Assembly: GCF_018977255.1 (NCBI RefSeq)
Contig: NW_024704762.1
Coordinates: 7,502,001 to 7,566,000 of the forward strand
Source: Callorhinchus milii
Lineage: Eukaryota
Length of the DNA stretch: 64,000 bases
Direction of reading: 5' to 3'
A model generated the notes under the pieces. That model worked only from the letters and a program-made list of their open reading frames with translations. It had not been told where the DNA came from and made no database searches. The position numbers and the translations under genes are program-made. This document shows positions 23,501 to 36,500 of this stretch, in pieces (the stretch's first letter is position 1; every line of letters begins with the position of its first letter).

Positions 23501-24834
23501 ATATCCAAAGGCCATAAATAATCTTACTATGTGAACTTTCAAAATGCCATCTTGATTTTGCAGTGGCTTCCTCCTTTGAAAGTTATTTTTTTGCACAGTA
23601 AAATTCGTCTTCCTATTGTTTTAGACAACTTCTGTGTTCTGCCTAGTGTAGACTGTATCTGCCAGGTAGTCATCCTTCAATGGCTATTCTGTGGGATGTT
23701 GGTGTGCGCAAATTGGCTGCCGCATTTGCCAACAAAATATAGAGTCCTACTTTTTGTAGAAAGTTCGGGGAAGCACTTTAAGATATTTATGCAGTGCAAT
23801 ACTGTGCTGTATCAAATGCAAGGATTATTATTAACTTGCCTGCATTGGATCCATTGGTGCATAAACATCTCCTCCTCTCGTTTTCAGTGACTATTCTCTC
23901 TCAGCCTTGATATGTCCCATGGATGCCTCAGTTGAAATCAGGAGCTCACTGTGGTAACCATTTGCGGAGATGTAGAATTGTGCATTATCAAATCAGCAGG
24001 ACAGCATTGCGTGCTGTGGATATCTCATGAATCATAGAAATTACAGCACAGAAGGAGGTCATTCAGTCCATGTCTCCTATGCTTTTGCAAGCTTCACCGC
24101 TGGAGCACTTCACAGTTGATTACTGTCAAGTGTTGTGACTGTATTTGGAAGCAAATGTGGCAGCCATTTGCAAAGTCCCACAAACGGTCATGAAGTGAAT
24201 GACCAATTAGCTGAAGGATTGTTGGCCAAAACCACTTCCTCCCTCCCGATGGCACCTCTGTTTAATATTTCACTGAAAGGATGGTGCCTCTATTGCAGCA
24301 TGGCTTCTGTCAGCCTAAGCTGTGAGCTCAAAGTCTCAATGTGATGCTTGAACCCACAACTTTCCGACTCGGAGGTGAATATTACCAACTGAGGCAAGCT
24401 TGACATGCTTTGTTGGGCATGCAAAAGCTCCCATGATGTTGTTGTTGTCTGTGCTTGTGGTCATTGCCAATTTGCCTCTGTGTTTTTCCTACGGAGTTTA
24501 ACCAGTCACTCTGTTAATGGACAGTGATTGTCTGATTGAATCAAAATGCTAGATTAATAGTTTTCATCCAGTCAGTGCACTGGCATTTAACCAACAGCTG
24601 TTTTTATTCATTGTCTATTTCCTCGAGCACTCCTCCAGCAGAGTGGTGCCCTAGTACAGTGCTGAGATTTGGAATATGCATAGCCTTAGAGAAATGTAGT
24701 GAAGGTAGATTATGTCAGCAAATTCGAGAGGGAATTACGGCATATAGCTGTGTGGTGAAGCAACCATTTTGCAAAACACAGGAGAAAAGTTCTTTTCTCT
24801 GGAATGGGCCAAATGGATCACAATGGGGTAAATA

Positions 24835-25145
24835 TTAGTCGATCATTTCCACTGATCTGGGAAAGCAGGGAATGTACTTAAGAAGTTCACACAATGGAGA
24901 GGTTGGAAAACTTTTTACGCAGAGGGTGATTGGAATGTGGAATTCCCTGCCACGTACCATGGAGTCTGTTAGTGCTTTTAAATGGGAATTCGATAGATGC
25001 TTGAAGAAAGAGTCAGGAATATTAAGTGGTGTGGGGGGAGCGAGCAGGAGAGTGGGATTCGATTAATGGCTTTTGCAGCAAAACATCAGTGCGGCCGCGA
25101 CGAGCTAAGTGGTCTATTTCTTTGCTGTAATACTATACTCTAAGG
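24835..25145 (+). mobile_element. CR1 LINE 3' end
   Basis: Translates LFTQRVIGMWNSLP...SAFKWEFDRCL. Other CR1 3' pieces at about 3365-3555, 14425-14600, 22385-22520, 39690-39895 (+) and 32385-32545 (-). Confidence 0.8.
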
Positions 25146-25189
25146 GCCCAATGATTTTCTCCTGTCCGGTCTGCTTTAGTTTATCTGCT

Positions 25190-25505
25190 CAGCGGATTCC
25201 GTCCTGCTCCATGTCCCCCTGCCTGGCCCATCCCACCATCGGCGGTCAGGCCTTCAGCCTGTCTGCCTCCACCCTTCGGAACTCCATCCCACAGTCACTT
25301 CACCTGGCTTCCTCCCTTGCCTCCTTCAAGGCCCATCTCATGGCCCGCCTCTTCGATTGCGCGCGCCTTCGGGCACCCTCCCCTCCCTAACCTCCACCGC
25401 TCCTGGTCCCAACCCCCGGCTTGGGTCCAAGACCCTAACTGTCTAGTGCCTTGGGACGTCCTCCCGACGTGAAAGGTGCTATACAAATGTAATTTGTTGT
25501 TGTTG
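25190..25505 (+). mobile_element. L2 LINE 3' fragment
   Basis: TIGGQAFS..A.TLRNS.P motif; tail TTGGGACGTCCTCCCGACGTGAAAGGTGCTATACAAATGTAATTTGTTGTTG. Confidence 0.88.
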
Positions 25506-27759
25506 CTACTTTAAACTCAACTGCTGTTTCTTGTTGGGAGACGAGGTAGAGGAGAAGCTATAAAGTGCCAGCAGAGTTTGACATCTTTTTAATCAGGCAA
25601 ATAAATTAAGTTCAGCATGTAGTTTTTGAGAGGTGGAACTCGTAATACCAATGAAAGGAATCACCTCCGTAATCTAGGGAAGGTGTCGGTGGCTAAATGT
25701 CAGTGGGTTTTGTACTAGAGTACAGCATGTGCTTAATTAACTGAAGTACATGACTGGCGGGCTGTGGGTTAGCCAGGTTACAATTGTTGGGATCCAATTG
25801 TGGCGTTTCAGTTCAGAATTTCTGATGCTTGATCCTCTTGGCATCAAGTGGAAAACGTTTCAATGAATTTCAGTTCTTCGTTTGCTCGGGTGGCGAGTGG
25901 GGGGGCGGGTGGGGGGGGGGGGGGCGGAGAGAGGAGCCATTGAACAATTCAACCCAATTCAGTTGTTTCCAACCTCCTTCCACCCTCGGAACCGAAAGTT
26001 GACGAAGCCCTTTTTTTAAAATTTACACTTTGTGGTCGCTTTGTCTGTTAGCGATAGTTGCTTCTTTCTAAGGGAGTTTGTTGGGAGAGAAGAAGAGGGT
26101 GCAGGTGTAGGCATAATGAGAGGCAATCTCCACCAATGCTCTGGTGTTAGCTCAGTATTAAATGGCTATGTGTAATGGTTGCTGTGTTAAAAGTCCCTTT
26201 GTACCATTGCATCATTTCCCGTTGTATACACGGACTCGTCTCCTGCGCTCTAAACTATGATCTGAGCTGTTGTTTTGTTTTGCTTCTTTGTATAATCAAA
26301 GAGTCGAGATCCAATAAACCTTCTTGATGATGAAAAGGAAACACTTGTTATAGTCATTTGCAGCCTGTTCTCCCTTCCTGCTCATAAATACGCAATGTTT
26401 TGATTATACAAGCGTTCCATACAAATAAACATGGTTGTTTTATTTTTGTGTGGACAAACGGAAGCGTAATTTTTAAGATGAATGCTTTAGATAAGTGAGT
26501 TGATTGAGGAAATGGAATGATTAAATGTCCAAAGTTCACACTCCTAACGCACACACTTTCCTCTCCCCAATTAGCTACCATGTCTGTTCCCAGTTTACCT
26601 TACAGTTCACAGGACGGTCAGCCTGTCCTGAAATACGTTGTGATGTGAGAAAATAAAAACAGTCATGGTGTGGCAACATTGCAAAGCGCTTTACTGGTAA
26701 TTAACCTTGCGTGTAGTGACTGCGTATTTATAAGCAGACATTGCTATAAAGGGAGGGAGCACTGACACTCATTCCAGTTGTCTCAAAGTCTGTTAACAAT
26801 AGGCTTTAAAGGGTGGTGGCGGGTGGGGTAGTGGAGAGGTAAATAAATTCTCAATCATTTGCTAAAGAATTAGTACGTTGCATGGAGCGGGGTGTATAGG
26901 GAGACCTCAGATTAAGTTCTCAAGAGCCATCCAGTTTGGGGTTAAATTCAGTGTGGTTGTGCCTGTTGTCTCTTCTATTCCTTGCTTTCTCTCTCTTCCC
27001 CCAATTGATAAACTCTCTCAATCCCTCCACCTTGCCCTCTACCTCCCTACTTATAAATCCTGCCTAAAGACCTTCCTTTTTGACCTTGCTTACGGTCACC
27101 TCCCCCCCTCCCTCTCCCCTGGCTCGGGGTCAGAATTCACCACTGTCAAGTGCTCCGAGACGCTACCCTGGGTGAAGGGCGCTATACAAATGCATTGACT
27201 GACAGGCCTTGACTGACTGAGTTGTAAAGTTTGCACTTGGGGAGGAGAATCTGTCTTTCTGGCTGTTTATCTAACGTGTTTTAGCCAGTCAGTGTTTTTG
27301 GAAATTGAAGGGTTTCACGTTGTTTATCCAGCTACAGGTAAAAGCTAATGTGCCTGCAGCTGCTGTTGTAATGAACAGATGAGAGCTTTAGTATATATAG
27401 AATAACAGCTAGTTTGGAGGCAAGGTCTATGCGGTTGGCACACTATCAAAAAAAAACGTACTGCAGACAGAAACATACTCTTGTGGTTTTAGACTTTAAT
27501 CCGATTTCCACGATCGTGTTTCAATCTTTCATTATTAATATGGCTATTATCTTATGTAATCCATGTTAAAAAAAAATTGTGTGTACTTTAATTTGTAAGT
27601 TTGCTGTTTAACAATAGAGGTGACAAGACTAGGCCTGTCTGTCAGAGAGCTACCTGGCTGATTGGCAGTGTTTGAGGTAAGAGCACTAAGAGACAGACTG
27701 TACTGAATTTAACCACAAACTCAATGACTGCATAAAAGGTGAATAATTTGCCTTGGAAA

Positions 27760-28225
27760 TAGACCTGGCTGAGGGAACTTTGATAGAGGTTTTATAAGAT
27801 TCGCCCATAAAATATACAGTCAATTCACTTTACAGTATATTCCGTGAAGGGCTTTGAGACGTCTCAAAGACGTGATCAGGCGCTATATCAAATGCAAGGA
27901 TTATTATTATTATGGTTAATGGGATACGGAAAGTGAACTCAAAACAATATACTAAGCTACACCCAACCAGCAGAACAAGAGAGTGCAGGGTCAGGTTGTG
28001 AAGGGCAAGTTTAGAGCAGACATTGAGAAGCGTTATGTTTTTACAGATGGTAATCAACAGTTGGAACAGGTTAGCAGGAAGGGTGGTGGAGGTTACAAGA
28101 AAGATTGATTTTAAGAAACCGCTTGATGCTGTGATGGGAAGACGGGCGGGTATTTTGGAAAGGATGAGCTCAAATGTAGCCGGAAGGGCCCTCTTCATCA
28201 GAACCTTGTTCCCTCATTAGAAATG
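27760..28225 (+). mobile_element. CR1 LINE 3' fragment interrupted by a SINE
   Basis: Degenerate LRGNLIEVYKI, then SINE 27801-27912, then VNGIRKVN...SRTR...KGKFRAD...MVINSWNRLAGRVVE...FKKPLD. Confidence 0.8.
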
Positions 28226-31200
28226 TTATAAACATTATGTGACTCATTGTCATCTGTTCCAGGGGATTGCTGTCTTGTTCTTGGGCCACCAAGTTAATGA
28301 ACGTCCCATCCCGCAAGCTTTATTTGCTGTGGTTAACCTGGTATGGTTATTGTGTACAAAATTTTTCCTTTGATTCACTAAATCCCCTCCTTGAAAAGGA
28401 AGCTTCTCATGTTGCCCTCGACAGTGTCAGGAGTGGGTTCTTTGCTTCAGTATTCATCATAATAATATTAATAATAATATCCTTGTATTGGATATAGTAC
28501 CTTATCACGTCATCGAGATGTCTCAAAGTGCTTCACAGCATATACTGTAACAATTTCATTGCGTTGGAGTGGGAGAGAAAGGAATATGTTAAGTGCGACA
28601 GACAAGACAATCAAATGTGGAATTGAAAACTATTAAAGCAACCAAAAAGAAGTGTTCAGAGATTTCAACAACTTCTCAACACAGTATTCATGTAAAACTT
28701 TTAAAAAAAAGTAAGTGTTAATTTATTTGCAGGATGTTCAAGCTTGACTTTTTTTTAAAAAAGTCAAATATAGAGATTCATTTCTTAAGCAAACAAAGCT
28801 TGCAAGTGCTTTACCAAACTCTAGCTAAGCCACGTCCTGAAACCTTCCACAAGCTGTTGCTCCATTCGGGAACCTTATCGAACCAATCTGGGTTCAGTCC
28901 CGGAAATATACATTTTCTTTATATTAAAAAAAATTAGTCTCACTCCTTTTTTTCACTGTCTTCAGTTGTGTTGAACAGCCAGACTTCCACGTAAATGTTT
29001 TTTTTTCTAATATCATATGAATGATTGAAACGGAATTGTGTTCAGATCAAAATTTCTGTTCACTTGAGAGTGGAATGGAAATCTTTTCTTCTCTCCTCCC
29101 CCTGCGATATTCTACCTTATTTCCAAAGATGCTCACTAATTTGGGGCTTCATTTCTACAGTTGCCACCAGCTTTCTGATGTGCGATCGGAGTGCCTGTCT
29201 TATTCGAAAAAGTAAATTGGCCGGCAGGTTATTCAGCGATTGGGGCACATCACTGTGTGTGTGAGAGTAAGAGAGACTTTATCTCTCTCTCTGCACACAC
29301 ACACACACATGGACATTGTAGCAATCAGCTGAAGGACCTCTGACATACTCCCATACGCTTCTAAAGGCAATTATGGCCATTATAATGCTGCTGGCTTTGA
29401 GATCAGCTAACTCAGTGGAGACCAAGGAGGATCAAACCCACGACCTTCCTGAGATATTGGCAACATCTCGCATTATTCACTGACGTGACCTCCTGATCAA
29501 ATCTCTTCATGCTATTTCACCTCCCACCCCCTCCCCCCACACCAGGCCATCATCCCATCATCCACCCTGGTGAGGTAATGTGTTGGGAATCTTCTGTTTG
29601 CTTTACGGGTGTGGCGATATGTGAACTCCATTGCAATGAAGAGATTTTCAAATGAGACTCGTTTTCGACGGGAGCTGCCTCTCTTTTCTCTTGGTGCGGT
29701 GACTGACGAAGGTTTGAGCATTGGTGACCAGACGTGTGACTCTTTGGCAGAGCTTGTTTGCCATGCGGGAAAGAACAAACAAACCCAGCAGAATGCTAAA
29801 ACCCTCTTACATAACAGGATGTACAGTAAATGCAAATAAAGCTGTTTATCTTATCACAAGAAACGAGAGGGATTGTTGACCAAGCACCACATGCCCTTAA
29901 TTGTCTTCTCCCTCGCTGCAAGTCCATCTCTCCACTGGCGCAGACCTGTGCAGGGCACAGCAGATCGTTTCTACGGCAACACTGATGCGCACTCTTGTTG
30001 TTCAAGCACCACAAATGTTAAGTGCTGTTAACCGTGCTGCTTTTTTTCCTTTTCCCCCACTTGCCCCTTTGGTGCGGTCTGCCACTGTTAAATAAACGAC
30101 ACCCCGTGGCTGTTTGTTACCCAGCAAGTGCATCTGACCCTGCAGGAGATGGCATTTATAAAATGGCATGACAACACAGTGTGCTATTTGTGTCTGTTTT
30201 GGCTCTAGGATAGCCAGTGGGGTGTGTACCGTAAAATAGAAGCAACCTCAAGCTTTGGCTTTGCAGGTAGACTTTGCGTTGTGCTTCGAGGCTGTGGTAC
30301 AGAGCAGTAGCTTTAGCGTAACCTTGTGGAGGAAAAATACGAGTGTTGAAATGTGAGCAGAAACATGTGGATTTGAAATCCGGCACTGACTGTAAGGTGA
30401 CCCCTTTTGCCATCTCACATTTCGTGGATAAAGGACCGTTTACACCAGTGATGCCAACATGAAAGCCACCAGTCTGTGTTTTTGCAATGACTTTGGTGCA
30501 GTTTTATGGTGCAGTTTATCCAAACTTTTATCCCAGTTTAGCTCAATTGGCAGGACTATCTGGTTCAGGAGGCTGGGTGGCGTTCAATCCCCCACGTCGG
30601 GTCTCGGTAATAATAATCTTGGCATTTGAAATAGCATCTTATCACATCGTTGACTACTTCTCAAAGGGCTTCACAGGGTTTACTGTCAATTGTAGTGACT
30701 GTGCACTTTGTAAGTGAACTTGGGCTGAGACTGCAGCGCAGGCCTGGGGGAGCAATGAATTGTCGGATGTGGAAAATGAAGAGAAAAGTAGGTCAAGTCT
30801 CGCAGAGCTGCAGTGCATCACCACCTGTGTATGGGTTGTATCATTCCATAAATCAATATTATGGAAGTAGAAATTGCTAATGGTTTAAGAAAGCATCTGG
30901 ATGCTTTCTGCATCTGGTTTTCCCCTTTCTCCACCCCACCCTCCTCCCAACTTTTCACAAATCCAAAGCCTGCTCCGTGAGTTGTGGGATAGGAAGGGAC
31001 AGGGAAAGAAATGCTTTCAGCAAAACCTGTTTACTTTTTCAATGAAAATCATACCTATTGATGTTTAAAAGGTTCACCAGTCAGAGGCGTGTCATTCCAG
31101 AGTGAACCCAAAGACCTGAGCTGTTAAACCAGCTCTGTCAGAGTTCATCAGTGCTCCTAAAGTGCACCGTCTCATCACAAAATGCACAGAGGCAGGACCC

Positions 31201-31497
31201 AGAGACTCTGGTTCAATGATTGAGTAAAAACAGCAGAAACTTTTTGCCCTGCAGGAAGTCAGGAAGAAGATGGGTGGGTGGGTGGGGGGGAATGAGGAAG
31301 AGAGAAATGTATGTGTGTGTTTCAGTCTGATTGCGTAAAAGCTTTTCTGTTGTAATTTTAGCACGTGTTTCTAAAGATACGGTAAATATAGTTTGCAGAT
31401 GCAGGGTTGCTCAACTCCTCGAGTATTTGTTTGACTTGTTGTTTTGGTCTCTGCCATTGTTCGCTTCATTTTCTTTTTGCTTTTCTCTCCTCCACAG

Positions 31498-32046
31498 TTT
31501 GTCAAAGTATTGACATCCGAAACAACATAACCCTTTTCCACCGATTGAGAAACTGCACCGTCATCGAGGGCTACCTGCAGATCCTACTGATGTTCCAGAC
31601 GAAGACAGAAGATTTCCGCGGCCTGAGCTTTCCCGAGTTGACGATGGTCACCGATTACGTGCTCCTCTTCCGCGTCTACGGCTTGGAGAGCTTGAAAGAT
31701 CTCTTCCCCAACTTGACTGTGATCCGCGGCACTCGCCTGTTCTTCAACTACGCCCTGGTCATCTTTGAGATGTTGCACTTCAAAGAGATCGGCCTGTACA
31801 ATCTGGTCAATATCACCCGAGGGGCGGTGAGGATCGAAAAGAACCCAGAGCTCTGCTATCTCTCCACACTGGACTGGTCCAAGATCCTGGATTCCGTAGA
31901 AAACAACTACATCAAGTCGAATAAAGTGGATCAAGAGTGCGGGAACGTGTGCCCGGGGGCCCTGCAGAGAAAGTACAGCTGCCCACAAACCGTGTTCAAC
32001 GATCAGTTCACCCAAAGGTGTTGGACCAGCGAGCACTGCCAGCGAG
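31498..32046 (+). CDS. INSR: Insulin receptor exon 2 (L1 domain and start of Cys-rich region)
   Basis: Long polypyrimidine tract and ccacag| acceptor; donor G|gtagga. Translates (I)CQSIDIRNN...[20 protein letters not shown]...[35 protein letters not shown]...[28 protein letters not shown] and ILDSVE are INSR-type rather than IGF1R-type. Confidence 0.96.
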
Positions 32047-33113
32047 GTAGGAGTGCGTCAGCAAACTGCAGCTTAATGTTAGCACCATGTGAATCTGCAG
32101 CTTTATAGGCTACTGCTTGTCTCCTTCAAGATCCTCCTCTTCGACCCACATCTTCGGTCACCCTCCTTCCCCTCCCCGCCCTCTACCCCTCCTGATCCCA
32201 ACCACCAGCTCAGGTGCGGATCCCTTACTGTCCAGCACCTTGGGACATCCTCCTGATGTGAAAGGCGCTGTGTAAATGTAATTTGTTGTTGTTGTTAAAT
32301 GTTTAGGCGTTTAGAGACTTATTATAGGTCCGTACAGTTGCCTCAAAGAACTTCCCAAAAGATTCCTCCAACACATCAATCAGTCGATCAAGTAAACCCT
32401 TGAATCATTTTAATTTTTGTGAACATGTCTAGTTCCTTTTTTTTAAACAGTTCATAGTTCCTTGTTCCACAACCTGGTAGTCGGTTCCACATGTCCATTG
32501 CACATTTACTCAAACCATTTCTCCCACACTTCTTAACTCCCGTTGAATTGAGGAAGTTGGTACTATTGATGGTGTATTGTTGAGTGGTCACACTCACCCT
32601 ACTGGGCTCTTTAATTACATTGAAAAACACTCCCTCCCCAACCCCACACACATACACACAATTCTGGTGTCAAATGCGCACACTTGAGGTGATTCCGGTC
32701 TCTTCTGAAGAGTAAAATTGAAGGACGCCACTTCCACAATGGGCCGTGTTTCAGAAGTGAAGTATTTGGATTCCTTGTGAATAAAATGCAAGTGGTCCAC
32801 CATTCCTTCTCATTCGCCCTGTTCTTCCATAAAGACACAATTGCTGGTAATTCAGACTCTTTACGAGTGTCAGTTGCCTTTCCCGTAACCATTTTCCTTC
32901 ACCACCACCCCAGCCCCCAATGGTGGCTTTCGTGAAATGGACCAGTTAATGATGAAACCTTTAGTGTTAGGAAAGCAGTGGTAAGTGGTTGGTCTGTAAC
33001 TTAGAGGTTGCCTGTTGAGGTTTGTAGTTGTGGCGCTGTCCATATCACTTGCAAGTAATGTGCTGCAGACACAAGCATGGTACATATAAGGCAAGCAGTT
33101 CATGTCGTGTGAA

Positions 33114-33585
33114 CTCACCCACACGAAACTCCGCTCCCCGATCTCCCCAGTCCTGGCCAGACTGCACTGGCTGCCTATCCCAGAGAGGATGATTTCAAGA
33201 TCCTCACCCTTGTACTCAAGTCCCTGCACTCCTCTGCACCCCCCGACCTCTCTGACCTCCTCTCTCCTCAAAACAGTGCCCGTTCCCTCCGTTCTTCCGG
33301 GTCTGGCCTCTTCCTCGTCCCCCGAGTCCTCCGCTCCACCCTCGGTGGCCGTGCCTTCAGCCACTATGCCCCGAGGCTCTGGATCTCTCTTCCTCACTCT
33401 CTTCGTCTCGCTCCCTCCCTTCCCAATTTTCAGGTCTCTGCTGAAGACCTTTCTTTTCGATTGCGCCTTTGGTCACCTGCCTCCCCCTCCCCCCGGCTCG
33501 GTCCCGGGATCTGTGATTGTAAAGCACTCTGACGCGCCATCCGGCGTGGAGGGTGCTATATAAATCCAAGTTGTTGTTGTTGTTG
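33114..33585 (+). mobile_element. L2 LINE 3' fragment (ORF2 C-terminus, 3' UTR, (TTG)n tail)
   Basis: Translates RSPISPVLARLHWLPIPER, the typical L2 ORF2 end. Followed by CCACCCTCGGTGGCCGTGCCTTCAGC, AAGACCTTTCTTTTCGA, a hairpin and a TTGTTGTTG tail. Confidence 0.9.
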
Positions 33586-36500
33586 AACTTGCTGTGCAAG
33601 AGCAGTTTGCATACAATGATGTGTGGCTTGTCACCATGTTTGTTCAGTGAGTAACTGAGCCACCCGGGTGCTGGTACTGGTCAGCTGATGTGAGATGCCA
33701 AATGATTTTTCTATGAATCATAAGGGTTTTTTTAATATTAGGAAGCACGCAGTGAGTCAGGTTGTTATATTAAGAAGAGGATAAGGGCTTTGCTCAAACA
33801 GTAACAAATATAATGGTTGAAAACAGATGGAATACGTAAGAGAATAGCCGAGTCACTCTTAAATTATCTGCTTAAATTAGTGCTTCAACATGAGTTTTAA
33901 GCTTGTAAAATTTTGTTGGACTAAAATTAAGACATTCGGGTAAAACTAGTGGAATTCCGTACTTGCATGATCACGTTGGATGCATTACGAAACATCGCTA
34001 ATTTATCCCTATTGTTTCTGAAAGTGGCTCAGTTTTATCTCTTCTAAAGTTATCGGACTGGAATAGGAAATGATTTGGCTTTTGTTTATTGTTCAGGAGA
34101 AGTCTTGTGCTTTTAGTTGACACAAAACCTGCTCACTCCCCACTACCTCACAGCTGCACTGCGCAGAGTCACCCCGTGTGAGTTGGCCTTTTCTTCTCTC
34201 TTGTAAGTTTACATTCTTTTGCATTTTCTGTTCAGCAGAGGAGATTGCAAAAGTGCACCAGCTCTGAGCTCGTCTATCTCTGAAGTTTGGAGGCATTTGG
34301 AAGATACGAGAAGCAGATTCTTGAAAGTGCTGTGTACTGTTGAGTAAACATTCCTCATGTTAGCTGATTTTTCTCTTGTAATCTACCCCTGGAGTTTTAT
34401 GAAACTTTATTCTTAAAGATTAGGTAGAATATATTCCATAATCTAATTTTGTATTCTTTGAGAAATGTTTCCTGAATCCAGTTAACTTGATGGAGTGGGG
34501 GAAACCAGAACGGCTGCTCTTTGAGAGCTCAAGTCACGGGGTGAAGGATGCCAGTCATTCCTACTTGCACACTCACCTCTAAAACTCTTTTGTTATTCCG
34601 TATCTCCTGCTTGAGGAGGAAGAGGGAGACCATTGGTTATAATTCCAATAATAATAATCCTTGCATTTGATATAGCACCTTGTCACGTTGTTGAGACGTC
34701 TCAAAGCGCTTCACAGAATATACTGGATTGACTTACTATATTTTATTTTTACCCTATTTAATTTTTTTTCTCCTTTTTTGTTCCTCTCCTCTCCAACATT
34801 CGCTCCTCTACAACTCTCTCAACAATAACAAATTTATTTTGTATAGCGCCTTTCACGTCAGGAGGACGTCCCAAGGCGCTGAAATGTCAGGGATCTACAA
34901 TTTCTGTTTTTTCAATTTATTCCTCATTCCCACTTCTCCTTTTTCTTCCCTTCCTCTTTTTTTGACTCTCTCTCTCTCTCATTTCTCCTTTTCTTTCTCT
35001 GCCTTCGCTATGTATAATACTATGCAGTCCCTGTCCCAGTTCAGCTCTGTCCCAGATCAGATTAGATGATGCTTTTTTCACTAGAGTGATGAATTGTGAC
35101 CATCTCCAGTTGCAATCCAGATGGCTGTGGTCATCACATCCTATGTTAAACAAAGTGCAAAAAAAATGTGGTCACTCAATCCACGACTGTTTACGGGACA
35201 CTGCTGTGCGCAATTGGCTGCTACGTTTTGCCCACAAAATATACAGTCAACTAACTTTATAGTATATTCTGTGAAGCGCTTTGAGATGATTCGAAGACAT
35301 GACAAGGTCCTGTGTCAAATGCAAGGATTCTTATTCTTATTTATGTCATTTCTACCCCCGCGTATCATATTTCTGTCGCTCCACCCCACATCTTTCTGTT
35401 TCAGTGTGCTAATTGTTTTACATTGACCAGGAGACTCCCAACAACTCTCTAGCTGGAAGGGTTACCTCAGACGTATCGAAAGCATTAGGTTGAAAAATGT
35501 TGAGGAGAGCCCTTGGGAGCCCTTGGGACTTATTTTGAACTCAAAAAGTTTAAGATTAACAATAGAAAAAACAAACAAGGAAACTCGGGAATCAATTACT
35601 GTTGGGTCCAATTGTAGATCACAAATGTTATCCATAAAGCCCCTGTTTTTGAAGGGAATGAGGTAATGATTGTGAAGAGCTGGAACAGCCTCTCCACAGA
35701 GATCATTGGCTATCCAATGGCATCTGGCATGCATTATTCCGCCAGGAGAAGCCAAGACGTGGGGGAAAATGCTGTCTCCATTGCATGTGCCCGCCAAGCT
35801 ATTGTAACTGTTAACGGAGCCTTGTAAACCCTTCTGCCCTGACTCTGTATTCTTTCTAATTTTCTGAAGGCAAATCGTGTGTTTTTAGGTTGGAACAAAT
35901 GCTGACTTAGAAAATTTCTGTCTTCGATTGGGATTTGCACCTCAAATCTGTAGAGAAGACTATTCTAATGTACTCCTGTCCAGCCTTCCTTATTCCACCA
36001 TCCACAAGAACCAGCTGATCTAAAACTGCTGCCCACATTCTTATCTGGACCAAACTTCGCATCCCAATCCTCGCCAGGCCCCCTTGTACCACTATCGGTG
36101 GCTGAGCCTTCAGCTATTACTCCCTAACCTCTGGAACCCTGTACCTCTTAACACTCTGTCTCACCCCTCTCTTATCTCAACTTCACCAATTTCTGAGTAA
36201 ATGTGATGGTTCCTGAAATTGCTTGTCTAAAGATGATTCCAATACTTTAGTGTGGATGTAGTTTTTAATGGTGGGACATCACATAACCCATCTCTTCATT
36301 GATAAGTCACTGCAATAAGCAAGAAGTTAATCGTACGTTTCAAAATCACTTGCCTAAATCTCAGCCTCTCCCTCATTTTGGTAGATATTCATTCTATCAA
36401 GTTAATCTCTGTTGTGAAGATACTTATTGCATTTCAGTGTCAATCACAATCGTCAATCGTATCAAGTTTCTGCTCAAAAGTTATTTCCCCAATGTGCATC

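Noticed and set aside
30242-30296. Imperfect hairpin (CCTCAAGC...GCTTCGAGG) resembling a pre-miRNA
   Set aside because: The central part pairs poorly and I recognise no miRNA seed family.
31584-32036. 150-aa antisense ORF inside INSR exon 2
   Set aside because: Expected shadow of a GC3-rich coding exon; no independent evidence.
33102-33563. 153-aa ORF and its 175-aa antisense partner
   Set aside because: Frameshifted L2 ORF2 remnant, not a host gene.
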